Of a DNA stretch of 64,000 nt, positions 26,001 to 41,000 are shown in pieces. The DNA is taken from NCBI RefSeq assembly GCF_009914755.1, contig NC_060927.1; one strand, given 5' to 3'. The position numbers and the translations under genes are program-made. The notes under the pieces were generated by a model. The model made no database searches, was not told the DNA's origin, and saw nothing but the letters and a program-made list of their open reading frames with translations. The stretch's first letter is position 1, and each line of letters begins with the position of its first letter. Source of the stretch: the human T2T-CHM13v2.0 reference genome, Homo sapiens.

Positions 26001-29000
26001 TTCCTACTGTAGGCCTCAAAACGCTCTAAATATACACTTGCAAATTCCACAAAAAGAGTGTTTCCAAACTGCTCTCTCAAAGGAAGTTTAAACTCTGTCC
26101 GCTTAATGCAAGCATCACAAAACAGCTTCGGAGAATGAATCTGCCTAATTTTTCTGTGAAGATATTTCTTTTTCTGCCATAGACCTCAAACCGCTGTAAA
26201 AATCCACTTGGAAATTCTACAAAAAGAGTATTTCAAAGCTCTTCTATCGAAAGGAAGTTTCAGCTCCATGAGTTAAATGCACATATCACAAATAATTTTC
26301 TGAGGATTCTTCTTTCAAGTTTTATATGAAGAAATCCCGTTTCCAAAGATGGCCTCAGAAAAGTCCCAATATACACTTGCAGATTCTACAAAAAGAGTTT
26401 TTCAAAACTGCTCTATCAAAAGGAAGATTAAACTCTGTGAGTTGAAGGCACACATCACAGAGTAGTTTCTGAGAATCATTCTGTATAGTTTTTCTATGAA
26501 GATATCGCCTTCTCCACCATAGGCCTCAAGCGGCGCTAAATATCCACTTGGAAATTCTACAAAAAGAGAGTTACAAGACTGCTCTATCGAAAGGAAGCTT
26601 CAACTCTGCGAGTTGAAAGCACACATCACGAAGAAGTTTATGAGAATTCTTCTGTCTACTTTTGTATGAAGCAGTCACGTTTCAAACGAAGGCCACAAAG
26701 AGGTCCAAATATCCACTTGGAGATTCAACAAAAAGAGTTTTTCAAAACTGCTCCATCAAGAGGAATATTCAACTCTGAGAGTTGAAGGCAGGTATCCCAA
26801 AGTAGTTCCCGACAATGCTTCTGTCTAGATTTTATGTGAAGACATTCCCTTTTGTACCACAGGCCTGAAAGCACTCTAAATACAGAATTGCAAATTCCAC
26901 AAAAAGAGGGTTTAAAACCGCTCTATCCTAAGAAAGGTTAAAGTCTGTCAGCTGAATGCGCACATCACAGAGTAGCTTCAGAGAACAATTATGTCTAGTT
27001 TTTCCGTGAAGATAGTTTCTCTTCCACATAGGCCTGAGACCGCTCTAAATATTCACTTGGAAATTCTGCAAAAAGAATATTTCAACACTCTTCTATCAAA
27101 AGGAAGGTGGAACTCTGAGAGGTAAACGCACACATCACAGAGAAGTTTCTGAGAATTCTTCTGTCAAGGTTTATATGAAGAAACCCCGTTTCCAATGAAG
27201 GCCTCAAAAAAGTCCAAAAATTTACTTGCAGATTCCACAAAAAGAGTGTTTCATAACTGGTCTATCAAAAGAAAGGTTAAACTCAGTGAGTTGAACCCAC
27301 ACATCACAAAGTAGCTTCTGAGAATCATTGTGTCTTGTTCTCCTACGAAGATATTGCCTTTTCTACCATAGGCCTCAAACGGCGCTAAATATCCACCTGG
27401 AAATTCTACCAAAACTGAGCTTCAAAAGTGCTCTATTGAAAGGAAGCTTCACCTCTGTGAGTTGAAGGTACACATCACAAAGAAGTTTCTGAGAATTCTT
27501 CTGTCTAGTTGTAAATGAAGAAATCACGTTTCAAACGAAGGCCACAAAGAGGACCAAATATCCACCTGCAGATTCTGCAAAAAGAGTGTTTCAAAACTGC
27601 TCCATCAAGAGGAATGTTCAACTCTGTGCGTTGAATGCAAGTATCACAAGTAAGTTTCCGACAATACTTCTGTGTAGTTTTTATGTGAAGATATTTCCTT
27701 TCCTACTGTAGGCCTCAAAACGCTCTAAATATACACTTGCAAATTCCACAAAAAGAGTGTTTCCAAACTGCTCTATCAAAGGAAGTTTAAACTCTGTCCG
27801 CTTAATGCAAGCATCACAAAACAGCTTCGGAGAATGAATCTGCCTAGTTTTTCTGTGAAGATATTTCTTTTTCTGCCATAGACCTCAAACCGCTGTAAAA
27901 ATCCACTTGGAAATTCTACAAAAAGAGTATTTCAAAGCTCTTCTATCGAAAGGAAGTTTCAGCTCCATGAGTTAAATGCACATATCACAAATAATTTTCT
28001 GAGGATTCTTCTTTCAAGTTTTATATGAAGAAATCCCGTTTCCAAAGATGGCCTCAGAAAAGTCCCAATATACACTTGCAGATTCTACAAAAAGAGTTTT
28101 TCAAAACTGCTCTATCAAAAGGAAGGTTAAACTCTGTGAGTTGAAGGCACACATCACAGAGTAGTTTCTGAGAATCATTCTGTCTAGTTTTTCTATGAAG
28201 ATATTGCCTTCTCCACCATAGGCCTCAAGCGGCGCTAAATATCCACTTGGAAATTCTACAAAAAGAGAGTTACAAGACTGCTCTATCGAAAGGAAGCTTC
28301 AACTCTGCGAGTTGAAAGCACACATCACGAAGAAGTTTATGAGAATTCTTCTGTCTACTTTTGTATGAAGCAGTCACGTTTCAAACGAAGGCCACAAAGA
28401 GGTCCAAATATCCACTTGGAGATTCAACAAAAAGAGTTTCTCAAAACTGCTCCATCAAGAGGAATATTCAACTCTGAGAGTTGAAGGCAGGTATCCCAAA
28501 GTAGTTCCCGACAATGCTTCTGTCTAGATTTTATGTGAAGACATTCCCTTTTGTACCACAAGCCTGAAAGCACTCTAAATACAGAATTGCAAATTCCACA
28601 AAAAGAGGGTTTAAAACCGCTCTATCCTAAGAAAGGTTAAACTCTGTCAGCTGAATGCGCACATCACAGAGTAGCTTCAGAGAACAATTATGTCTAGTTT
28701 TTCCGTGAAGATAGTTTCTCTTCCACATAGGCCTGAGACCGCTCTAAATATTCACTTGGAAATTCTGCAAAAAGAATATTTCAACACTCTTCTATCAAAA
28801 GGAAGGTTGAACTCTGAGAGTTAAACGCACACATCACAGAGAAGTTTCTGAGAATTCTTCTGTCAAGGTTTATATGAAGAAACCCCGTTTCCAATGAAGG
28901 CCTCAAAAAAGTCCAAAAATTTACTTGCAGATTCCACAAAAAGAGTGTTTCATAACTGGTCTATCAAAAGAAAGGTTAAACTCAGTGAGTTGAACCCACA

Positions 29001-32000
29001 CATCACAAAGTAGCTTCTGAGAATCATTGTGTCTAGTTCTCCTACGAAGATATTGCCTTTTCTACCATAGGCCTCAAACGGCGCTAAATATCCACCTGGA
29101 AATTCTACCAAAACTGAGCTTCAAAAGTGCTCTATTGAAAGGAAGCTTCACCTCTGTGAGTTGAAGGTACACATCACAAAGAAGTTTCTGAGAATTCTTC
29201 TGTCTAGTTGTAAATGAAGAAATCACGTTTCAAACGAAGGCCACAAAGAGGTCCAAATATCCACCTGCAGATTCTGCAAAAAGAGTGTTTCAAAACTGCT
29301 CCATCAAGAGGAATGTTCAACTCTGTGCGTTGAATGCAAATATCACAAGTAAGTTTCTGACAATACTTCTGTGTAGTTTTTATGTGAAGATATTTCCTTT
29401 CCTACTGTAGGCCTCAAAACGCTCTAAATATACACTTGCAAATTCCACAAAAAGAGTGTTTCCAAACTGCTCTATCAAAGGAAGTTTAAACTCTGTCCGC
29501 TTAATGCAAGCATCACAAAACAGCTTCGGAGAATGAATCTGCCTAGTTTTTCTGTGAAGATATTTCTTTTTCTGCCATAGACCTCAAACCGCTGTAAAAA
29601 TCCACTTGGAAATTCTACAAAAAGAGTATTTCAAAGCTCTTCTATCGAAAGGAAGTTTCAGCTCCATGAGTTAAATGCACATATCACAAATAATTTTCTG
29701 AGGATTCTTCTTTCAAGTTTTATATGAAGAAATCCCGTTCCCAAATTTGGCCTCAGAATAGTCCTAATATACACTTGCAGATTCTACAAAAAGAGTTTTT
29801 CAAAACTGCTCTATCAAAAGGAAGGTTAAACTCTGTGAGTTGAAGGCACACATCACAGAGTAGTTTCTGAGAATCATTCTGTCTAGTTTTTCTATGAAGA
29901 TATCGCCTTCTCCACCATAGGCCTCAAGCGGAACTAAATATCCACTTGGAAATTCTACAAAAAGAGAGTTACAAGACTGCTCTATCGAAAGGAAGCTTCA
30001 ACTCTGCGAGTTGAAAGCACACATCACGAAGAAGTTTATGAGAATTCTTCTGTCTACTTTTGTATGAAGCAGTCACGTTTCAAACGAAGGCCACAAAGAG
30101 GTCCAAATATCCACTTGGAGATTCAACAAAAAGAGTTTTTCAAAACTGCTCCATCAAGAGGAATATTCAACTCTGAGAGTTGAAGGCAGGTATCCCAAAG
30201 TAGTTCCCGACAATGCTTCTGTCTAGATTTTATGTGAAGACATTCCCTTTTGTACCACAGGCCTGAAAGCACTCTAAATACAGAATTGCAAATTCCACAA
30301 AAAGAGGGTTTAAAACCGCTCTATCCAAAGAAAGGTTAAACTCTGTCAGCTGAATGCGCACATCACAGAGTAGCTTCAGAGAACAATTATGTCTAGTTTT
30401 TCCGTGAAGATAGTTTCTCTTCCACATAGGCCTGAGACCGCTCTAAATATTCACTTGGAAATTCTGCAAAAAGAATATTTCAACACTCTTCTATCAAAAG
30501 GAAGGTTGAACTCTGAGAGTTAAACGCACACATCACAGAGAAGTTTCTGAGAATTCTTCTGTCAAGGTTTATATGAAGAAACCCCGTTTCCAATGAAGGC
30601 CTCAAAAAAGTCCAAAAATTTACTTGCAGATTCCACAAAAAGAGTGTTTCATAACTGGTCTATCAAAAGAAAGGTTAAACTCAGTGAGTTGAACCCACAC
30701 ATCAAAAAGTAGCTTCTGAGAATCATTGTGTCTAGTTCTCCTACGAAGATATTGCCTTTTCTACCATAGGCCTCAAACGGCGCTAAATATCCACCTGGAA
30801 ATTCTACCAAAACTGAGCTTCAAAAGTGCTCTATTGAAAGGAAGCTTCACCTCTGTGAGTTGAAGGTACACATCACAAAGAAGTTTCTGAGAATTCTTCT
30901 GTCTAGTTGTAAATGAAGAAATCACGTTTCAAACGAACGCCACAAAGAGGTCCAAATATCCACCTGCAGATTCTGCAAAAAGAGTGTTTCAAAACTGCTC
31001 CATCAAGAGGAATGTTCAACTCTGTGCGTTGAATGCAAATATCACAAGTAAGTTTCTGACAATACTTCTGTGTAGTTTTTATGTGAAGATATTTCCTTTC
31101 CTACTGTAGGCCTCAAAACGCTCTAAATATACACTTGCAAATTCCACAAAAAGAGTGTTTCCAAACTGCTCTATCAAAGGAAGTTTAAACTCTGTCCGCT
31201 TAATGCAAGCATCACAAAACAGCTTCGGAGAATGAATCTGCCTAGTTTTTCTGTGAAGATATTTCTTTTTCTGCCATAGACCTCAAACCGCTGTAAAAAT
31301 CCACTTGGAAATTCTAGAAAAAGAGTATTTCAAAGCTCTTCTATCGAAAGGAAGTTTCAGCTCCATGAGCTAAATGCACATATCAGAAATAATTTTCTGA
31401 GGATTCTTCTTTCAAGTTTTATATGAAGAAATCCCGTTTCCAAAGATGGCCTCAGAAAAGTCCCAATATACACTTGCAGATTCTACAAAAAGAGTTTTTC
31501 AAAACTGCTCTATCAAAAGGAAGGTTAAACTCTGTGAGTTGAAGGCACACATCACAGAGTTGTTTCTGAGAATCATTCTGTCTAGTTTTTCTATGAAGAT
31601 ATCGCCTTCTCCACCATAGGCCTCAAGCGGCGCTAAATATCCACTTGGAAATTCTACAAAAAGAGAGTTACAAGACTGCTCTATCGAAAGGAAGCTTCAA
31701 CTCTGCGAGTTGAAAGCACACATCACGAAGAAGTTTATGAGAATTCTTCTGTCTACTTTTGTATGAAGCAGTCACGTTTCAAACGAAGGCCACAAAGAGG
31801 TCCAAATATCCACTTGGAGATTCAACAAAAAGAGTTTTTCAAAACTGCTCCATCAAGAGGAATATTCAACTCTGAGAGTTGAAGGCAGGTATCCCAAAGT
31901 AGTTCCGGACAATGCTTCTGTCTAGATTTTATGTGAAGACATTCCCTTTTGTACCACAGGCCTGAAAGCACTCTAAATACAGAATTGCAAATTCCACAAA

Positions 32001-35000
32001 AAGAGGGTTTAAAACCGCTCTATCCTAAGAAAGGTTAAACTCTGTCAGCTGAATGCGCACATCACAGAGTAGCTTCAGAGAACAATTATGTCTAGTTTTT
32101 CCGTGAAGATAGTTTCTCTTCCACATAGGCCTGAGACCGCTCTAAATATTCACTTGGAAATTCTGCAAAAAGAATATTTCAACACTCTTCTATCAAAAGG
32201 AAGGTTGAACTCTGAGAGTTAAACGCACACATCACAGAGAAGTTTCTGAGAATTCTTCTGTCAAGGTTTATATGAAGAAACCCCGTTTCCAATGAAGGCC
32301 TCAAAAAAGTCCAAAAATTTACTTGCAGATTCCACAGAAAGAGTGTTTCATAACTGGTCTATCAAAAGAAAGGTTAAACTCAGTGAGTTGAACCCACACA
32401 TCACAAAGTAGCTTCTGATAATCATTCTGTCTAGTTCTCCTACGAAGATATTGCCTTTTCTACCATAGGCCTCAAACGGCGCTAAATATCCACCTGGAAA
32501 TTCTACCAAAACTGAGCTTCAAAAGTGCTCTATTGAAAGGAAGCTTCACCTCTGTGAGTTGAAGGTACACATCACAAAGAAGTTTCTGAGAAGTCTTCTG
32601 TCTAGTTGTAAATGAAGAAATCACGTTTCAAACGAAGGCCACAAATAGGTCCAAATATCCACCTGCAGATTCTGCAAAAAGAGTGTTTCAAAACTGCTCC
32701 ATCAAGAGGAATGTTCAACTCTGTGCGTTGAATGCAAATATCACAAGTAAGTTTCTGACAATACTTCTGTGTAGTTTTTATGTGAAGATATTTCCTTTCC
32801 TACTGTAGGCCTCAAAACGCTCTAAAGATACACTTGCAAATTCCACAAAAAGAGTGTTTCCAAACTGCTCTCTCAAAGGAAGTTTAAACTCTGTCCGCTT
32901 AATGCAAGCATCACAAAACAGCTTCGGAGAATGAATCTGCCTAGTTTTTCTGTGAAGATATTTCTTTTTCTGCCATAGACCTCAAACCGCTGTAAAAATC
33001 CACTTGGAAATTCTACAAAAAGAGTATTTCAAAGCTCTTCTATCGAAAGGAAGTTTCAGCCCCATGAGCTAAATGCACATATCACAAATAATTTTCTGAG
33101 GATTCTTCTTTCAAGTTTTATATGAAGAAATCCCGTTTCCAAAGATGGCCTCAGAAAAGTCCCAATATACACTTGCAGATTCTACAAAAAGAGTTTTTCA
33201 AAACTGCTCTATCAAAAGGAAGGTTAAACTCTGTGAGTTGAAGGCACACATCACAGAGTAGTTTCTGAGAATCATTCTGTCTAGTTTTTCTATGAAGATA
33301 TCGCCTTCTCCACCATAGGCCTCAAGCGGCGCTAAATATCCACTTGGAAATTCTACAAAAAGAGAGTTACAAGACTGCTCTATCGAAAGGAAGCTTCAAC
33401 TCTGCGAGTTGAAAGCACACATCACGAAGAAGTTTATGAGAATTCTTCTGTCTACTTTTGTATGAAGCAGTCACGTTTCAAACGAAGGCCACAAAGAGGT
33501 CCAAATATCCACTTGGAGATTCAACAAAAAGAGTTTCTCAAAACTGCTCCATCAAGAGGAATATTCAACTCTGAGAGTTGAAGGCAGGTATCCCAAAGTA
33601 GTTCCCGACAATGCTTCTGTCTAGATTTTATGTGAAGACATTCCCTTTTGTACCACAGGCCTGAAAGCACTCTAAATACAGAATTGCAAATTCCACAAAA
33701 AGAGGGTTTAAAACCGCTCTATCCTAAGAAAGGTTAAACTCTGTCAGCTGAATGCGCACATCACAGAGTAGCTTCAGAGAACAATTATGTCTAGTTTTTC
33801 CGTGAAGATAGTTTCTCTTCCACATAGGCCTGAGACCGCTCTAAATATTCACTTGGAAATTCTGCAAAAAGAATATTTCAACACTCTTCTATCAAAAGGA
33901 AGGTTGAACTCTGAGAGTTAAACGCACACATCACAGAGAAGTTTCTGAGAATTCTTCTGTCAAGGTTTATATGAAGGAACCCCGTTTCCAATGAAGGCCT
34001 CAAAAAAGTCCAAAAATTTACTTGCAGATTCCACAAAAAGAGTGTTTCATAACTGGTCTATCAAAAGAAAGGTTAAACTCAGTGAGTTGAACCCACACAT
34101 CACAAAGTAGCTTCTGAGAATCATTCTGTCTAGTTCTCCTACGAAGATATTGCCTTTTCTACCATAGACCTCAAACGGCGCTAAATATCCACCTGGAAAT
34201 TCTACCAAAACTGAGTTTCAAAAGTGCTCTATTGAAAGGAAGCGTCACCTCTGTGAGTTGAAGGTACACATCACAAAGAAGTTTCTGAGAATTCTTCTGT
34301 CTAGTTGTAAATGAAGAAATCACGTTTCAAACGAAGGCCACAAAGAGGTCCAAATATCCACCTGCAGATTCTGCAAAAAGAGTGTTTCAAAACTGCTCCA
34401 TCAAGAGGAATGTTCAACTCTGTGCGTTGAATGCAAATATCACAAGTAAGTTTCTGACAATACTTCTGTGTAGTTTTTATGTGAAGATATTTCCTTTCCT
34501 ACTGTATGCCTCAAAACGCTCTAAATATACACTTGCAAATTCCACAAAAAGAGTGTTTCCAAACTGCTCTATCAAAGGAAGTTTAAACTCTGTCCGCTTA
34601 ATGCAAGCATCACAAAACAGCTTCGGAGAATGAATCTGCCTAGTTTTTCTGTGAAGATATTTCTTTTTCTGCCATAGACCTCAAACCGCTGTAAAAATCC
34701 ACTTGGAAATTCTACAAAAAGAGTATTTCAAAGCTCTTCTATCGAAAGGAAGTTTCAGCCCCATGAGCTAAATGCACATATCACAAATAATTTTCTGAGG
34801 ATTCTTCTTTCAAGTTTTATATGAAGAAATCCCGTTTCCAAAGATGGCCTCAGAAAAGTCCCAATATACACTTGCAGATTCTACAAAAAGAGTTTTTCAA
34901 AACTGCTCTATCAAAAGGAAGGTTAAACTCTGTGAGTTGAAGGCACACATCACAGAGTAGTTTCTGAGAATCATTCTGTCTAGTTTTTCTATGAAGATAT

Positions 35001-38000
35001 CGCCTTCTCCACCATAGGCCTCAAGCGGCGCTAAATATCCACTTGGAAATTCTACAAAAAGAGAGTTACAAGACTGCTCTATCGAAAGGAAGCTTCAACT
35101 CTGCGAGTTGAAAGCACACATCACGAAGAAGTTTATGAGAATTCTTCTGTCTACTTTTGTATGAAGCAGTCACGTTTCAAACGAAGGCCACAAAGAGGTC
35201 CAAATATCCACTTGGAGATTCAACAAAAAGAGTTTCTCAAAACTGCTCCATCAAGAGGAATATTCAACTCTGAGAGTTGAAGGCAGGTATCCCAAAGTAG
35301 TTCCCGACAATGCTTCTGTCTAGATTTTATGTGAAGACATTCCCTTTTGTACCACAGGCCTGAAAGCACTCTAAATACAGAATTGCAAATTCCACAAAAA
35401 GAGGGTTTAAAACCGCTCTATCCTAAGAAAGGTTAAACTCTGTCAGCTGAATGCGCACATCACAGAGTAGCTTCAGAGAACAATTATGTCTAGTTTTTCC
35501 GTGAAGATAGTTTCTCTTCCACATAGGCCTGAGACCGCTCTAAATATTCACTTGGAAATTCTGCAAAAAGAATATTTCAACACTCTTCTATCAAAAGGAA
35601 GGTTGAACTCTGAGAGTTAAACGCACACATCACAGAGAAGTTTCTGAGAATTCTTCTGTCAAGGTTTATATGAAGGAACCCCGTTTCCAATGAAGGCCTC
35701 AAAAAAGTCCAAAAATTTACTTGCAGATTCCACAAAAAGAGTGTTTCATAACTGGTCTATCAAAAGAAAGGTTAAACTCAGTGAGTTGAACCCACACATC
35801 ACAAAGTAGCTTCTGAGAATCATTCTGTCTAGTTCTCCTACGAAGATATTGCCTTTTATACCATAGACCTCAAACGGCGCTAAATATCCACCTGGAAATT
35901 CTACCAAAACTGAGTTTCAAAAGTGCTCTATTGAAAGGAAGCTTCACCTCTGTGAGTTGAAGGTACACATCACAAAGAAGTTTCTGAGAATTCTTCTGTC
36001 TAGTTGTAAATGAAGAAATCACGTTTCAAACGAAGGCCACAAAGAGGTCCAAATATCCACCTGCAGATTCTGCAAAAAGAGTGTTTCAAAACTGCTCCAT
36101 CAAGAGGAATGTTCAACTCTGTGCGTTGAATGCAAATATCACAAGTAAGTTTCTGACAATACTTCTGTGTAGTTTTTATGTGAAGATATTTCCTTTCCTA
36201 CTGTATGCCTCAAAACGCTCTAAATATACACTTGCAAATTCCACAAAAAGAGTGTTTCCAAACTGCTCTATCAAAGGAAGTTTAAACTCTGTCCGCTTAA
36301 TGCAAGCATCACAAAACAGCTTCGGAGAATGAATCTGCCTAGTTTTTCTGTGAAGATATTTCTTTTTCTGCCATAGACCTCAAACCGCTGTAAAAATCCA
36401 CTTGGAAATTCTACAAAAAGAGTATTTCAAAGCTCTTCTATCGAAAGGAAGTTTCAGCTCCATGAGTTAAATACACATATCACAATTAATTTTCTGAGGA
36501 TTCTTCTTTCAAGTTTTATATGAAGAAATCCCGTTTCCAAAGTTGGCCTCAGAAAAGTCCCAATATACACTTGCAGATTCTACAAAAAGAGTTTTTCAAA
36601 ACTGCTCTATCAAAAGGAAGGTTAAACTCTGTGAGTTGAAGGCACACATCACAGAGTAGTTTCTGAGAATCATTCTGTCTAGTTTTTCTATGAAGATATC
36701 GCCTTCTCCACCATAGGCCTCAAGCGGCACTAAATATCCACTTGGAAATTCTACAAAAAGAGAGTTACAAGACTGCTCTATCGAAAGGAAGCTTCAACTC
36801 TGCGAGTTGAAAGCACACATCACGAAGAAGTTTATGAGAATTCTTCTGCTACTTTTGTATGAAGCAGTCACGTTTCAAACGAAGGCCACAAAGAGGTCCA
36901 AATATCCACTTGGAGATTCAACAAAAAGAGTTTTTCAAAACTGCTCCATCAAGAGGAATATTCAACTCTGAGAGTTGAAGGCAGGTATCCCAAAGTAGTT
37001 CCCGACAATGCTTCTGTCTAGATTTTATGTGAAGACATTCCCTTTTGTACCAGAGGCCTGAAAGCACTCCAAATACAGAATTGCAAATTCCACAAAAAGA
37101 GGGTTTAAAACCGCTCTATCCAAAGAAAGGTTAAACTCTGTCAGCTGAATGCGCACATCACAGAGTAGCTTCAGAGAACAATTATGTCTAGTTTTTCCGT
37201 GAAGATAATTTCTCTTCCACATAGGCCTGAGACCGCTCTAAATATTCACTTGGAAATTCTGCAAAAAGAATATTTCAACACTCTTCTATCAAAAGGAAGG
37301 TTGAACTCTGAGAGTTAAACGCACACATCACAGAGAAGTTTCTGAGAATTCTTCTGTCAAGGTTTATATGAAGGAACCCCGTTTCCAATGAAGGCCTCAA
37401 AAAAGTCCAAAAATTTACTTGCAGATTCCACAAAAAGAGTGTTTCATAACTGGTCTATCAAAAGAAAGGTTAAACTCAGTGAGTTGAACCCACACATCAC
37501 AAAGTAGCTTCTGAGAATCATTCTGTCTAGTTCTCCTACGAAGATATTGCCTTTTCTACCATAGACCTCAAACGGCGCTAAATATCCACCTGGAAATTCT
37601 ACCAAAACTGAGTTTCAAAAGTGCTCTATTGAAAGGAAGCTTCACCTCTGTGAGTTGAAGGTACACATCACAAAGAAGTTTCTGAGAATTCTTCTGTCTA
37701 GTTGTAAATGAAGAAATCACGTTTCAAACGAAGGCCACAAAGAGGTCCAAATATCCACCTGCAGATTCTGCAAAAAGAGTGTTTCAAAACTGCTCCATCA
37801 AGAGGAATGTTCAACTCTGTGCGTTGAATGCAAATATCACAAGTAAGTTTCTGACAATACTTCTGTGTAGTTTTTATGTGAAGATATTTCCTTTCCTACT
37901 GTATGCCTCAAAACGCTCTAAATATACACTTGCAAATTCCACAAAAAGAGTGTTTCCAAACTGCTCTATCAAAGGAAGTTTAAACTCTGTCCGCTTAATG

Positions 38001-41000
38001 CAAGCATCACAAAACAGCTTCGGAGAATGAATCTGCCTAGTTTTTCTGTGAAGATATTTCTTTTTCTGCCATAGACCTCAAACCGCTGTAAAAATCCACT
38101 TGGAAATTCTACAAAAAGAGTATTTCAAAGCTCTTCTATCGAAAGGAAGTTTCAGCCCCATGAGCTAAATGCACATATCACAAATAATTTTCTGAGGATT
38201 CTTCTTTCAAGTTTTATATGAAGAAATCCCGTTTCCAAAGATGGCCTCAGAAAAGTCCCAATATACACTTGCAGATTCTACAAAAAGAGTTTTTCAAAAC
38301 TGCTCTATCAAAAGGAAGGTTAAACTCTGTGAGTTGAAGGCACACATCACAGAGTAGTTTCTGAGAATCATTCTGTCTAGTTTTTCTATGAAGATATCGC
38401 CTTCTCCACCATAGGCCTCAAGCGGCGCTAAATATCCACTTGGAAATTCTACAAAAAGAGAGTTACAAGACTGCTCTATCGAAAGGAAGCTTCAACTCTG
38501 CGAGTTGAAAGCACACATCACGAAGAAGTTTATGAGAATTCTTCTGTCTACTTTTGTATGAAGCAGTCACGTTTCAAACGAAGGCCACAAAGAGGTCCAA
38601 ATATCCACTTGGAGATTCAACAAAAAGAGTTTCTCAAAACTGCTCCATCAAGAGGAATATTCAACTCTGAGAGTTGAAGGCAGGTATCCCAAAGTTGTTC
38701 CCGACAATGCTTCTGTCTAGATTTTATGTGAAGACATTCCCTTTTGTACCACAGGCCTGAAAGCACTCTAAATACAGAATTGCAAATTCCACAAAAAGAG
38801 GGTTTAAAACCGCTCTATCCTAAGAAAGGTTAAACTCTGTCAGCTGAATGCGCACATCACAGAGTAGCTTCAGAGAACAATTATGTCTAGTTTTTCCGTG
38901 AAGATAGTTTCTCTTCCACATAGGCCTGAGACCGCTCTAAATATTCACTTGGAAATTCTGCAAAAAGAATATTTCAACACTCTTCTATCAAAAGGAAGGT
39001 TGAACTCTGAGAGTTAAACGCACACATCACAGAGAAGTTTCTGAGAATTCTTCTGTCAAGGTTTATATGAAGGAACCCCGTTTCCAATGAAGGCCTCAAA
39101 AAAGTCCAAAAATTTACTTGCAGATTCCACAAAAAGAGTGTTTCATAACTGGTCTATCAAAAGAAAGGTTAAACTCAGTGAGTTGAACCCACACATCACA
39201 AAGTAGCTTCTGAGAATCATTCTGTCTAGTTCTCCTACGAAGATATTGCCTTTTCTACCATAGACCTCAAACGGCGCTAAATATCCACCTGGAAATTCTA
39301 CCAAAACTGAGTTTCAAAAGTGCTCTATTGAAAGGAAGCTTCACCTCTGTGAGTTGAAGGTACACATCACAAAGAAGTTTCTGAGAATTCTTCTGTCTAG
39401 TTGTAAATGAAGAAATCACGTTTCAAACGAAGGCCACAAAGAGGTCCAAATATCCACCTGCAGATTCTGCAAAAAGAGTGTTTCAAAACTGCTCCATCAA
39501 GAGGAATGTTCAACTCTGTGCGTTGAATGCAAATATCACAAGTAAGTTTCTGACAATACTTCTGTGTAGTTTTTATGTGAAGATATTTCCTTTCCTACTG
39601 TATGCCTCAAAACGCTCTAAATATACACTTGCAAATTCCACAAAAAGAGTGTTTCCAAACTGCTCTATCAAAGGAAGTTTAAACTCTGTCCGCTTAATGC
39701 AAGCATCACAAAACAGCTTCGGAGAATGAATCTGCCTAGTTTTTCTGTGAAGATATTTCTTTTTCTGCCATAGACCTCAAACCGCTGTAAAAATCCACTT
39801 GGAAATTCTACAAAAAGAGTATTTCAAAGCTCTTCTATCGAAAGGAAGTTTCAGCTCCATGAGTTAAATACACATATCACAATTAATTTTCTGAGGATTC
39901 TTCTTTCAAGTTTTATATGAAGAAATCCCGTTTCCAAAGTTGGCCTCAGAAAAGTCCCAATATACACTTGCAGATTCTACAAAAAGAGTTTTTCAAAACT
40001 GCTCTATCAAAAGGAAGGTTAAACTCTGTGAGTTGAAGGCACACATCACAGAGTAGTTTCTGAGAATCATTCTGTCTAGTTTTTCTATGAAGATATCGCC
40101 TTCTCCACCATAGGCCTCAAGCGGCACTAAATATCCACTTGGAAATTCTACAAAAAGAGAGTTACAAGACTGCTCTATCGAAAGGAAGCTTCAACTCTGC
40201 GAGTTGAAAGCACACATCACGAAGAAGTTTATGAGAATTCTTCTGCTACTTTTGTATGAAGCAGTCACGTTTCAAACGAAGGCCACAAAGAGGTCCAAAT
40301 ATCCACTTGGAGATTCAACAAAAAGAGTTTTTCAAAACTGCTCCATCAAGAGGAATATTCAACTCTGAGAGTTGAAGGCAGGTATCCCAAAGTAGTTCCC
40401 GACAATGCTTCTGTCTAGATTTTATGTGAAGACATTCCCTTTTGTACCAGAGGCCTGAAAGCACTCCAAATACAGAATTGCAAATTCCACAAAAAGAGGG
40501 TTTAAAACCGCTCTATCCAAAGAAAGGTTAAACTCTGTCAGCTGAATGCGCACATCACAGAGTAGCTTCAGAGAACAATTATGTCTAGTTTTTCCGTGAA
40601 GATAATTTCTCTTCCACATAGGCCTGAGACCGCTCTAAATATTCACTTGGAAATTCTGCAAAAAGAATATTTCAACACTCTTCTATCAAAAGGAAGGTTG
40701 AACTCTGAGAGTTAAACGCACACATCACAGAGAAGTTTCTGAGAATTCTTCTGTCAAGGTTTATATGAAGAAACCCCGTTTCCAATGAAGGCCTCAAAAA
40801 AGTCCAAAAATTTACTTGCAGATTCCACAAAAAGAGTGTTTCATAACTGGTCTATCAAAAGAAAGGTTAAACTCAGTGAGTTGAACCCACACATCACAAA
40901 GTAGCTTCTGAGAATCATTGTGTCTAGTTCTCCTACGATGATATTGCCTTTTCTACCATAGGCCTCAAACGGCGCTAAATATCCACCTGGAAATTCTACC

